From assembly GCA_001179505.1 (NCBI GenBank), contig CDMY01000249.1:62001-126000 (forward strand): 64,000 nucleotides of DNA. The letters are read 5' to 3'. The translations under genes and the position numbers were made by a program. The notes below the pieces were generated by a model that made no database searches, was not told the origin of the DNA, and saw nothing but the letters and a program-made list of their open reading frames with translations. The stretch is from Vitrella brassicaformis CCMP3155. Lineage: Eukaryota; Protista; Chromerida. Shown in pieces: positions 12,360-24,110 of this stretch (position 1 is the stretch's first letter; each line of letters opens with the position of its first letter).

Positions 12360-12850
12360 TCAGTTTCTCTCTGCAATGATGCTGCCCTGCCGGCTGGTCA
12401 GCTGCTCGCGGAGGCTGCGATTCTCCTCGTGCAAAGAGCCGAACGTCTGCATCAGTGACATAAGGAGACACACACCTCACGCAGATTAGCAGTCTCTGTC
12501 ATTGGCTCACACACACCTGTTGGTTGACAGTCTGTCTGGCCCTCTCCTTGTCGAGGCAGCTCTTGAGCCGCCGATTCTCTAACGCAGCCGCCTGCAACTC
12601 ACGTTGAAGACGCAATATCGCCTGACAAACAATCACACACACACACACACACACACACATAGACAGACACACATGCACACAAAGCTTCCCGATTCATGCA
12701 TTATCTGGCCCCGTCACACACTGTGCGTGTCCGTGTGTGACGCTGTGTGTGTGCGCTCTCACTGACATGCAGCCCCGGGCGTCGCACATCTCGTCCCACA
12801 CACGTACCTCGCGGATCTCCGACTCCCCACACCATCGCCGCCTTGTGAGC
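12360..12850 (-). CDS. Small coiled-coil protein (start not resolved)
   Basis: Spliced exons ...ESEIRE|AILRLQRELQAAALENRRLKSCLDKERARQT|...LMQTFGSLHEENRSLREQLTSRQGSIIAERN-stop. No in-frame ATG was found upstream. Confidence 0.45.
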
Positions 12851-13063
12851 GGGGGAGCCGAACTGCGCCACGCGGACAGAGACGCCAAAAACGCCTAGGG
12901 TTTGCTGGGTTGCATGGTTTGTCTCCCGGCGAGAAATCGCATGTAAGAGGGATTCATAGCTTGTTGTCAGGTACAGCGGGGAAAGGGGGTAGCGTGGAAT
13001 GAAAACAAAGGCTGCAATCACTGTCTGTGTTAATGCGTCTGTTCAGGTGACCCTCGTAGCTTA

Positions 13064-13962
13064 ATGGCGTCAGAGTCCGCCAGTGCATCCGCCCGCAGCC
13101 CCGCTGACATGCACTTGAAGGTCGGCGGCCGCGCATTCGTCCTGCCCGGTAGCGTCATCTCGCATCTGCGGCGCAAGCACCCCCGCTCCGTGCTTACCGT
13201 CATGCTCAGTAGCCAGTGGTCCAGCAGCCTCAAGCGTGACCATGAGGGCAACATCATCCTGGCTGACTGGGATGCGGACAGCTTCGAGCTGCTGCTGCAG
13301 CGGATGGAGAAGGAGGCGACGGACGGCAGTGCGGACGGCATCAAGATCCCTAGCGAGATGAGGCGCAACTATGACGAGTTGTGCGACCTCGTGGGCATCC
13401 CGCTGGCCAAGGCGGCGTTTCCGCTGAAGCTGGTCAAGATGGAGGGTCCCGACAGGGCCGGCACCAATGCCAGTTGGTCGAACAAGGAGGGCAAGCTGAC
13501 CATCGAGCGCAACGGAGGAGAGGCCTGGCAGAGCGAAGTGGGGCTGCAGTTTGCATATCCCAATGAGGGCAAGTTCTGCCTGTCGGTGAGCGGGACGGCG
13601 GGGGCGAGCGTGAGACTCTCCATCTCGAGCATTGAATTTGACACATTCGACCTCGTGAGCGAGACCTTCGTGCTCAGAGACGACCGCCGCATAGGTTAAT
13701 GAGTGCATGGATGCGAAAACACTATAGGTGGTGTGGTGTATATACTTCCTCAGGTGTGTTTGGCAAGGCCGGTCTGGAGGAATCGGCCGTCGTCGAGTGG
13801 AACGTCGATGGCGACGGGAAGAGCACAGGCGTGCGGCAGCTGGCCCGTTCGCCGCTGGGCTTCGACGAGAGGTGCATCCAGTGTACGTGCAATGCTGGTG
13901 CGGCCGGCACGACGACATTCACCTTAGAATACGAGGCCGATGCGGACGAGTCGGACCTCTAA
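13064..13962 (+). CDS. BTB/POZ (KCTD-type) domain protein, two coding exons
   Basis: MHLKVGGRAFVLPGSVISHL...SVLTVMLSSQW...RDHEGNIILADWDADSFELLL matches the BTB_2 pattern. Intron 13695-13753 (gt..ag) joins the 211-aa and 87-aa ORFs in frame. Confidence 0.8.
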
Positions 13963-14452
13963 GGCAGGTGAGAGAATAAACAGGGCAATGGGGACATGTT
14001 TGGATTGTCCTTAACAGTGGTTGTGTCGTTCGTTTGTACAGGCGTTCAAGCCAGTGTAGCCGTAGCCTTCCCATGGACCTAGCGAGCTACTAAGTGTGCA
14101 TACATGGTGGATGCGGGATTAGTGATCGGATGATGGATGGATGGACGGATGGATGAGGCGAGGCGAAAAGCGATGGGTGGCGCGCGCGCATGGGGGTGGT
14201 CGTGGTGTGTGTGTGTGTGTGTGTTTGTGTTTGTGTGAGTGTGTATGCAATCGACTGCCTTACCCCCGACAACCCCCCACTCGTTGATATCTGTCGTAAC
14301 ATGTTCCATGCATATGTGGACACCGCCAATGACCGCTGCAATGAGATTGATCAGACCCAGTCCCATCATCATCGTCATTCGAGAAAACACTCCATATGTA
14401 GACACACGCCACCAATCAATTAAGAAAACGACAGTCTACCGACATGGCTAGG

Positions 14453-16912
14453 CTAGTTGTCCCCCTCCCTCTGCCCCACACCCGCCTCCCCACCTTCATC
14501 CACACACACACTATCAGGGTCGAACCTGAAACCCTCACCCACTCCAACCTCTCCCTCTCTCGAGCACCCACTCCCCACATTGCCGCCCCCTCCCGCTGTC
14601 TGCCCATCTCTCGTCTGCACTGATGCAGACGGCCAGTCAGGCACCACAACCGATGAGAATGGGTGTCTCACTGGTGGGAAGGGTGATGCGGGTCGGGGGA
14701 AGGGCGAGGCGAAAATGGGTCGATACGGCGACAGGCTGGCCGACGGGTGGGGAGGGGTGAGGGGCGGGCGAATGCTACCGAGGTAGCGCGCACGCGTCGA
14801 GGGGACATTGCAGTACCCGGGCAGAAACGACGCGCCGCTGGGACGGGGCCGGACGACAGGGTAGTGCTGCTGCTGCTGATGCTGATATGGGGCGACAGAC
14901 AGCGATGGAAAGGCAGTCGCCGATTTGGCCGCTGGTGGTGGGACGAAGGGCTTCACCTCCGGCACTGGACTCTGGCCCCCATCAGCGCTCTCCTCGGCCG
15001 GCGTCTCCCCCACTGGCGTGTCTGATACTTTGAGGGGCGGGGTGGTCGTGTCCGCGGCTTGGCGCTCTTCTCCTGGCTGCCCGCTGGTCGCGTCGCTCTG
15101 GTGGCCGATCTGCTCACGTATTACGTCCGCCCACATGGCCGCCCGTCGCTCGGTCGAGCAGAGAATGGTCAGAGGGGGGAGGGACGGGGTGGTGGGCTTG
15201 AAGTGCACCGTGAACTGCCGCGATTCGGCCGCCATCTCCACACGAGCAGCCGACGAGAGGGGGAAGATCCGCGGTGGGGCATCCTGGTCGCCCTTGTCCG
15301 CTTCCTGCGCGGCCCCACTGATGCGTATGGCAGCCGTCGTGAGCGTCATGGAGGCGATGGTGGACTTGTCGGCGCTCTCCACCACGTGCACCATCCCCGT
15401 CTCAAGTTCTCTCTCCTCGCCCGACACCCCCCTGCCCTTCTCCCCTCCAGCCGTGCTCTTATCGGCCTCATTCTCGCCACCCGCCTCGACAAAGCGCTCG
15501 ATCGTCTCGAGCATACGATTTCGCTCATCTTCAGGTAGCCGATGGTGCGGCTGGTGGTGGGTGGGTGGAGGGAAGACAGCGTGTGAGGGCGGGGTGGCGG
15601 TGTGCCGTCGGGTGGTCGGAAGACCCGACAGCTGCTCCTCGTCTTCTTCCTCATGACCATCGGCAGCAGGGTGAACTGACGGCGCCTCTGCCGAATCATG
15701 CTGGACCTCACCAAGCCCTCGCAGCCCAGTAGCCTCCCCACTCCCCTGATCATGAGCAGCACGCACCCTCCCCATGTGGAAAAGTGGTTGGGGGACAGTC
15801 GTCAGGGTGCTGGCAGCCGGCGTCCTGAGGCTGAGGCTGCCCTGAGGCGGCAGTGTGCGAGAGGGGACAGAGGGGGAGGCTGGTCGAGTCCAGTGGCGGG
15901 ATGGCGGGAGGGACTCGATCACGTCGGATTCTGGTGCGGGCACCGCCGGTGATGCCCTGACCTGTGGCCACACAGACACACAGACTCACTCACATGTTTT
16001 TTTTTATGACAGATGCCTCTCCGTGAGTGAGTGTGTGTTCGTATCTACAATACCTGTATCTCTCGCAGCTCCAGCTGTGCCTTGAGCAGTTCATTCTCAG
16101 CCTCAACGCATCTGAGTGGCACACGGCGAGCATTCACCTCCCTCTCATCCCTCATTCCGTTCCCTTCCCTCTCCCACCCACCTAATCCTTGCTATCAGCT
16201 GCGCGCATCTAGGACACCCGTCAACCCCCAATGCCGGCGCCGCCACACACACGTTCCGCAGCGTCACTGTCCGTGAGCCAGCCGCACCATGACGATCTGC
16301 AGACGAGCGGTAGGGGCTGGCCGCGTCCTTCAGCTGCATCGAAGGGTGCCCTGACAGCGGGACAGACGGCATCGACGGTGACAAGTTCTCAAAAGCTAGA
16401 GTGCGATTGACACCTGATAACGGACAGCGCAATAAACACTCGTGACAATGAGGGAGGGCATGTAGACAGTCTGTGTGTGTACCTTTCTTGCGCTGCGAGG
16501 TGTTGGCACTGACAGGCATGGCCAGCTGGCAGTGATACCGGCTCGTGTTGAGAGGTGTGGGCGCCAAAAGGGGGGCTGACGGACGACCATGTCGACGGAG
16601 CTCATCGCTCCTGCCCATCCCAAGGGAGCTCCTCGTCCTCGCCCGCCCTCCATGGTCCGACTTGGGCGTCAGTGAGCCGCTCGCCTCGGCTGCTGCTCCC
16701 TGTAGCCCATCAAACAGCCCTTTCTTGACAACAGCCCCGCTTCTGACACCAGTTGTGGACTCGTGAAGCCGGTGCAGAGGCCCTGGGCGGCTTTGCTGAT
16801 GGATTGAGAGGATGGGTGACGAGATGCGCGAGCGACGCAGGGAGGCTGGCGGTGAGAGGGACCGCTGTCTTGCTGGTGATGACGGTGAATCGCGCTTGTG
16901 GTTATGCGTCAT
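14453..16912 (-). CDS. Pro/Ser-rich hypothetical protein, possibly with a PH-like segment
   Basis: 508-aa ORF 14453-15979 plus upstream ORF 16145-17077 (MTHNHKRDSPSS...). FTVHFK...LTILCSTERRAAMWADVIREQI resembles a PH C-terminal strand-helix. It could instead be part of the TBC gene. Confidence 0.5.
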
Positions 16913-17299
16913 GATGAGAAAAGGGAGGCAAAAGGGAGAAAGAAGGTAGAAAGGGAGGGCAACTTGAATGTAAACGATGAGAACTCCAACATGCAGTTCA
17001 CGTTCAGCGAGACTCGGCAACGCAAGCGGAAGCAGTCTCTCATCGGTACTCATCATCGCGAGGACACAGATGGCCAAAATGCCCGACCCACAACGTTTCT
17101 ACGTCCCAGCCAGCCAGCCAGCCTGCCTGACTGCTCCTTCGTGTCATTTCATTGCTGCCGATGGACAGCATGTGGCTCGGGTGAGCTAACAAACGGTCGG
17201 CAAGAGCTGTCGCGCATAGAAGGAACAACATAAGCCGGAGGACAGGAATGAACCTGACACGACACAAACAAACAAGCCCCACAAATGCACTGAACTAAC

Positions 17300-20200
17300 T
17301 TTTTGCATTCATGCCATTTCCGCTTGCTGACCTGTTCGCCTGCCGCCTCTGGCGACGGCACGGTCCGATAGAACGAAGAGGCCCCAGGAGGGGACAGATG
17401 GCCCGCAGTCAGCCCATCGTATGCACCGTTGTGTCCATCGGAGCTCTGCGTGGCGACAGGCGGCCGCTCGGGAATGCGGCTGGTCTCGTGGACGCGCTTG
17501 TAGAACGCCTCCTTCATGGCCCACGGGACAGACGTGTCGACGGGGGAGGGGGGCGGGACGGGCGGCAGCCTTGGCGAGGGAGGGCACTCGTCCACCGCCC
17601 CCTCTCCCTCGTGCTTATCTCGCTGCACAGATGATGTCACTCCGATGCTGCCCCATTCTCGTCGTGGCTGGGAGAGAACGGGCCGTCTTGGTTGATCCGC
17701 TGATGTCGTGAGGGGGAAGACAGGTCTGGCGGTGGGTTGGGTGGGCCCTTCCGGCCTCTCTCTGACCGCATAGACAGTATTCGCTGTCGTGTGGTTGACG
17801 AGAGTGGCTGGGGCGCCACTGGGGAGAGCCGCCGTGCCCTCCCGGGAGACGTAGGGGACCCACCCGCGGACCCCGCCCATTGGGGGGACAGCGAAAGGTC
17901 TGACTGGCAACAACCACACAGACCACACATCACACAAGCGACACATGAACTAGCTGTATATGGATGTCTCTCAGACCACCGTACTCGTACTCACTCACCA
18001 GCGTCAGGGCTCTGGCTTTCGAAGCTGTCCTGCGGTCCTGCGGCAGGGAACCCCTCCTCGCCCTGAGACCCACTCACCGAGAGAGGCCCCAGAAACCACG
18101 ATAAAGGCGGCACCGAGAACGAGCTCTCGCGCCTGGACGCCATATCGTCCGTCACGGCTGTCGACGATGGGGCGGCGGGTGTGGGGTCGGACGGCACCGA
18201 CGAGGGCGAGAGGGATGAGGGCGGGAGGGGGGATGGCTCGTTGGTCATGCTGAGGTCGTCGATGGCCGTCTTGACGGCGTCGGAGAGGCCGAGCACCTGC
18301 GCCTGGAACACTACCAGCCGACCGAAGAAGAGGGCGTCCTCCTCAGAGCCGCTGCGGATGTTCCTGAACGGCCCAAGATGGCACGGTGAAAGGAACACTC
18401 ACACATATGGATGAGTGGCTCGTTGCTGTTTGGTTGATCTACTTGAAGAGGTTGTTGAGGTCTTCCATGTCCATGTTGCCCTGGACGATGAAACCCTCGA
18501 GCAGACGGAGGAGCGCCAATCCGATCGCAACAACGCTCTCAAGACCCTTAACAGACACAAAGAGACACAATGATACAGCGCAAAGAGCCTGTGTGTGCGT
18601 GTGTGCTGACCTCTGAGAGGATGTATGTCCACACAGGCGGAATAGCAGCGATAGGTAAAGTATTCACATACAGCGTGGGAAACCTGAAAACGCCCACCCA
18701 CCACCGATCCATGAATCCATCCATCCACAAGACACGGCTCCACGCACCCTTGGCGTCCCCACTCACCATCTGGTGGCCACGGCCTGTGGCGGGTAGCTCT
18801 CCGACACAAAGTGCTCATACAACGCCGGCAGCTCCCTCTCACACAGCCGGTCAAACGCCCCCAGCAAATGCAGCAGCAGCCGGTTCCCCTCGCCCACGTC
18901 GTGGTTGGCAAACCCAAAGAGCTCCATCCCGTGGAAGTCGCGCATGAGCCGCACGAAGTACGAGAAGGCCGATGGGGTGTCGAAGTGGGTGTAGATGAGG
19001 AGGAAGGCCGCGAGGAAGTTCATGCCCTGGATGTAGCCCAGGGTGGGGTGCAGGTGGGCGAAGGCGTTGAGGATGCGATGCAGCGACAACTCGTGCGACG
19101 CGTCCAAAATGCCGGGAAACGTCCTGACGGATGAGGAGGGAGCAAGGGACAGTGGGTATGACGGTCAATTCTGAGCGACAAGAGGCTACCTGTGCGTGTC
19201 CCTTGCGATAGCGTCGGTGACGCGAGTGCCTCTCACGTCGGTGAAGGGCTCATCGCCATACCGATCCAACGCCTGAAGGTAAGAACAACGCGATCCACCC
19301 ATACAGAATCCAGGCATTCCATGATGCGTGTCCGTGCACCCACCCACACCCCCCCACCCACCTGGATGGCCTCCTGGTCCGGCGGCCCCAGCATCTCACT
19401 CAACCGATCCCCAATGGCCTCGAGCCGACTCCGATTGACCACACCCACCGTCGGCCGCACACCCCTGCCCCCACCCCCGCTCCCACTACTCATGTCGCTC
19501 GACTGCCCAGGCGACCCGCCCCTCTCCGCACCCCCACGACCGGAGTCCGCAAGCGACCAGCCGCCCCCCACATCCACCAGGCCGGCCATCGGCAGCAAGT
19601 CGCTGTCGGAGGGCGTCGATTGGATTGGGGGTGGGGGGAAAAGAGACGGCGAGGAGCTCGACGACGGGGGTGGTTTGAGTACACGTGGGAGCGAGTCGAC
19701 CGACGGCGGCAGTAGCATCAGGTTGGGCCCGCGAGAGTGTCGCAGGCCGAGTGGGTGTGATGGCTGGGGGGATGATTGGGTGGAGCGAAGAGGGGGCAGG
19801 GGGTCGGGCAGTGGCACTGCCTCAAGATTCGGCTTCCAGTAGCTGCGGAGATGGCGCCAAAGCTGAACCACAGACAGACAGACAGACAGACACAGACATA
19901 AAGAGGTCGTCTCATCAGACGTGCTGCCGTGTCCAAACGTACCTGCCGCCTCTGCACCGTTGCATTCTCATCATCCTCACTGTTATCATCACGATAGCGC
20001 CCTCCCCTATCCCTCCCACCACCCAGAGATGACGCACTCTCGCCGTCCCACTCGCTCACCAGGCCAGCGCCCAGCCGCCAGCCGCCCCACCCCCCTCCAC
20101 CCCTCCTCCCTGCGGTCGGCGCAAAGCCCATTTGACCGAGAATCTTCTCCCACGCCGTGGTGGTGCTCGTTGCGGACCCGGCAAACGACACCGATGGCGC

Positions 20201-20623
20201 CATCTTGCCTCCCCTGCCCTTGGGCGAGTTGCTCATGGGGACGTGCACCCAGCCGCCGCTCGAAGTGCTGTGGGGCGACACGGCGCCGGCCGAGTGCTCA
20301 CGGTGCAGCGGGACGGGCTTGGGGCTCCTGCGGATGTTTGGCGATGGGATGGCCGACTTGAAGGACTGTGACGTGTTGGTGTCGGTGTCGTCATCTTTGT
20401 CGACGATGCGGTCATCCATGTGTGCAGGATAAAGGAACGAGTAATAGCGGGTGGAGCGGCGTGCCTCTGATGGGCTGCCCCCGGAAGCGGCGTCCGATGG
20501 TTGGTCGGGCCACAGCTGTGAGAGGAAGGCCGAGAGAGATGCGGTGGAGTCGCGAGCCGGCGATGACCGCCCGGATGAGAAAAGAGCTCTGAACACACCA
20601 CCACACACCGAAAAGCACAGCAT
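17300..20623 (-). CDS. TBC-domain Rab GTPase-activating protein
   Basis: LHRILNAFAHLHPTLGYIQGMNFLAAFLL (Gln finger) and DVSRTFP-like IxxDxxR motif in the preceding exon, then LCERELPALYEHF...RWFFT. Low-complexity flanking exons. Ends approximate. Confidence 0.8.
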
Positions 20624-21256
20624 CAGCTCTCTCCATCCCTCCTTACCGGGCCCTCTCTCTTTTCCTCACTTTTCGCTTGGTGAGTAGGCCAATCTATGGT
20701 CCTGAATGCCTCGCGCCGTCTGGCAGGTGCTCTTGTTCTTCCCCGGCGGCGCGTTCTTGTGCTTTTGCGTCACCGAAGCAGCACCTGACATCTGCTGGGA
20801 AATGCGGCTGCGCCAATTCGCAACATCAGTTCTCAGCGCGGAAGGGCTCTTGCACGTGTCGGGAGGGGGAAAAACTCCCTGAGAGAGCGAGCTTCTTCTT
20901 TAAGCTCGCAACAAAGCTCGCAGCTACGAGTGCCATCGAAGGAGGGAAGGGAGATCTCTCACGGAGGCGTGTGCCTTCGGTGAGGCTGTCTGTCCCCTGT
21001 TTGACCCGTCCTTGCGATTGTCCCAGCGGATCGCGCGTTCTCCTCGACCTATCAGCGAGAGAGAGAAGCACGGTCGCGCTGTCTGGTAGACATTTTCCTT
21101 CAATTGAACTGCCGCATCTGATCTCTTCTCGAGAACTGTGCTGCTGTCCTTCCTTTCGAGAGAACTCGGCTGTCTTCTGCTTCCCTGTCAACGAAACCAC
21201 CACCACCACCTGTCTGTCTGGCATCTCTGTGTGCAAGCAAGATCTCCTTGACCGTG

Positions 21257-22662
21257 ATGGCGGCGACATCGACATCTTTCCTGAACGAGGGGTATTGGAC
21301 ACCCGGCCGCGGTGCACAGCTGGCGGCAGAGCTCAAGTGGCCTTTGCTTGCGTCGATGGCTGTGTACCTGCCTGTGGTATTCTCGTTGCGGCGGTGGATG
21401 AGGAAGAGGGACCCGCTGCCCATCAAGCCCTTTATTTTTGCCTGGAATGCGACGCTATCATTGTTCTCGCTTCTTGGCGCGGCGCTGATCGTAAGCAGCC
21501 AGAGGGGTGTCCGTGAACAATTAGTGATCGTGTTGTGTGCTGTGTGCAGCTTCTGGACGACTGGCGGTTGATTACGACGCCGTTTGCCCACGAGAAGGAT
21601 ATCATGGTGGGCTTAGAGGAGACAGACAGGCTCCATACACAGTCCGGTGACATGCGTCTGTGTGTTCGACCAGCCCAACACTCGTGCAGTGGTGACGCTG
21701 TTCACTCTGACGAAGGCGTTGGAGTTCGGCGACACAGTGCTGCTGGCGCTGCGGAAGCGACCAATCACGTTCCTGCACGCCTACCACCACCTGAGCGTGG
21801 TAAGGAAGATGACACGAACACCTGCACAGCTGCTGGCTGCTTGAAGTGAGTGGTGTCGTCTGGTCTTTCTGTCTTTCAGGCGCTGTATTGCTGGCACGCG
21901 CAGTTGCTGAGTGTGTCGTTCGCCCACCTGTTTGTGTTCATCAACCTCTGCATCCACGGCGTCATGTACCTCTACTACGCTCTCTCGGTGCTCCTCTCCA
22001 AAAACAAGTGCGCATCTGCCCCACACACACACCCATCCACACACACAGTTTCACACATGAACTGATGTGTCCGTGTATTGCCGATCAGGGCTTTGCATAA
22101 ACTGAGGCCATACATAACGGGGGCCCAACTCACCCAGGTGAGACGCATGGAGGGATACGACACCCACACACCCGCACCCACCCACCCACACACACACACA
22201 CACACTCAGAGCAGGAGACTGATGCCATGCGTTCGATGTGCTGTGCAGATGTTTGTCGGCCTGTCCATCACAATAGCAGCGTTGCTGAACCCCGAGGTGA
22301 CGGGCGAGCCCTCTCACTTCAACAACGCCATGGGGGCGCTGGCCATGTACTTCTCATACGCGGTGCTCTTCGGACAATTCTACATCTGCAACTACATGCC
22401 GGTGAGAAGAGATAAGTACAGTGGCACAAGGCACCACCGCACACATGCGCATATGTAAGAATGGCGTGTCGCGACTGATCATCAGGGCGTGCACAAGAAG
22501 AGCCTGCTTCTCCTTTCCTCCGTCTGGATGAGAAAGGAGGGCGAGAGGCAACCGGCTGAGACGAAGACACAGCCATTAGCGATCGGCAAGGGGACAACGG
22601 CTCGGGCAAGAGTTTCCGCGACGTTCCGCATGTCCACCTGGGTGGCCAGCTTCAAGCACTAG
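21257..22662 (+). CDS. ELO: ELO/GNS1-family fatty acid elongase
   Basis: TKALEFGDTVLLALRKRPITFLHAYHHLSV (KxxEFxDT and HxxHH motifs), INLCIHGVMYLYYAL, several TM segments. ATG at 21257, TAG at 22660-22662. Confidence 0.92.
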
Positions 22663-23029
22663 CTCAAGACCGACAAGAGCCAAAGGCACGAGGGAGTGAC
22701 GGTGTGACTACCTGTGATGGTCGCGTGGATCTCTGACGCAATGCAGCTGTAAGGGATCTACGGGATCGCTCGATGTGGGACGCCCCCGCACGACGTTTCG
22801 TTTCGTAGCGGATGTAGCGAACCTACCTGCACCTGTGGGTGTGCATGGCTGTGGCCTTTTTTGTAGTGTGGCTTATGTGTGAATTTGAGTTGAAGTCTCA
22901 AGTGGAGGAGAATGGGTTGCTTTTCGGCTGCCTGACAGTGATTTCTTTACCTGTTGTATCTGTATGGATGGTGTGAATGAGATTTTCCTGTGCGGCAGTT
23001 TTGTTTCATATGTGTATATCTTGCTATCG

Positions 23030-23320
23030 CTATACGTACGTATCTGTGTACATGTATGTATGCACCTGTGTACGTGTGTATGTGTGTGTACATTTGTGTA
23101 CATGTGTGTGTGTGTACATGTGTGTACATGTGTGTGTGTGTACATCTGTGTGTGTACATGTGTGTGTGTACATGTGTGTACGATTGTCGTGTACCAATTG
23201 CGTGTCGTGTATTCCATGTATTGCGTCTACGTATGTACAGGGGCCTAGCAATTGCAAATATGTATATGCCCTAGCAAATATGTATATAATATAGGGCCTA
23301 GCAAATGCATGTGTGTGTGA
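23030..23320. repeat. Low-complexity (TG)n/TGTACA array followed by three ccctagcaa-containing units
   Basis: gtgtacatgtgtgtgtgtacatg repeated over about 150 nt, then gggcctagcaattgcaaat / gccctagcaaatatgtat / gggcctagcaaatgcatg. Confidence 0.8.
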
Positions 23321-24110
23321 TGCATTACCTCTCTGTGTCTCTGTGAGCGTGTGAGTCGGCGTCCTTTCATTCGTTGCCTCCCCTCCAGTGATTCATTGAT
23401 TGATTGATTGTGCTACAACAGCCGTATGTACGTATGCGATCGATTCTTGCGTATCGTGTCTGTGCGCCTTGTGTGCGTACAACCCGTGCGTGTCACATCT
23501 GGCAATTCATGCATAATTCATGCATATGTACGTACTGACTGACGCTTCGAGTTGCGACGCGCGCGCGCTGCGCTGGTTGTCTGTCCGCGTGTCGCTGTTT
23601 GCAGTATGGTACAATACCGTCGTCTCTTTGCCTCCTCGTTTGTTCGTTCGTTCGTTCGTTCGTGTGGTCGTGCCGGTGCCCATCAGCTCAGCAGGAAGGA
23701 AAGGAAGGAAAGGAAGGAAGGCACGCACAATGAACACGGTACGTGTACAGACAATAGCGTAGCGTACATACGTCGTGTCTTTTTGGTTTGTGTATTGAGT
23801 CGTCTGCCTGTCTGTTCTTCAGTTTGTCCGTCTGCTGTTGCCGCGTGTCGCTCACTTGCATTTTGCAGTGGCGATTCGGCAGCCGGGTAAACCCGCTCCC
23901 CCCTTTCTCTAAACTCTCTCGGTTTGTCTCCCCTGTGCTACTATCATTGATGTCGTGTGGTGCGCGTGTGTTACTGTGATTGCCTGCCTTCCCATGCTTC
24001 TGTGAAAGCGAACTCTCTGGCTCGCAGACTCAAACGGGCTGCGTGTTGCGTGTCCGGGATGCATGTTGGGGTGCGTGTTGGGATGCATGAGTGGATGAAT
24101 GAATGAATGA

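Noticed and set aside
12896-12904. tagggttt resembling a telomeric repeat (also at 27244-27251)
   Set aside because: Single unit, explained as part of the duplicated promoter module.
13070-13918. Long antisense ORFs (also 14925-15656, 42758-43351, 49562-49975)
   Set aside because: Shadow frames of GC-rich coding exons on the opposite strand, with no motifs of their own.
22873-23294. Cys/Val- or His/Thr-rich ORFs here and in many introns
   Set aside because: Translations of (TG)n/(CA)n microsatellites.
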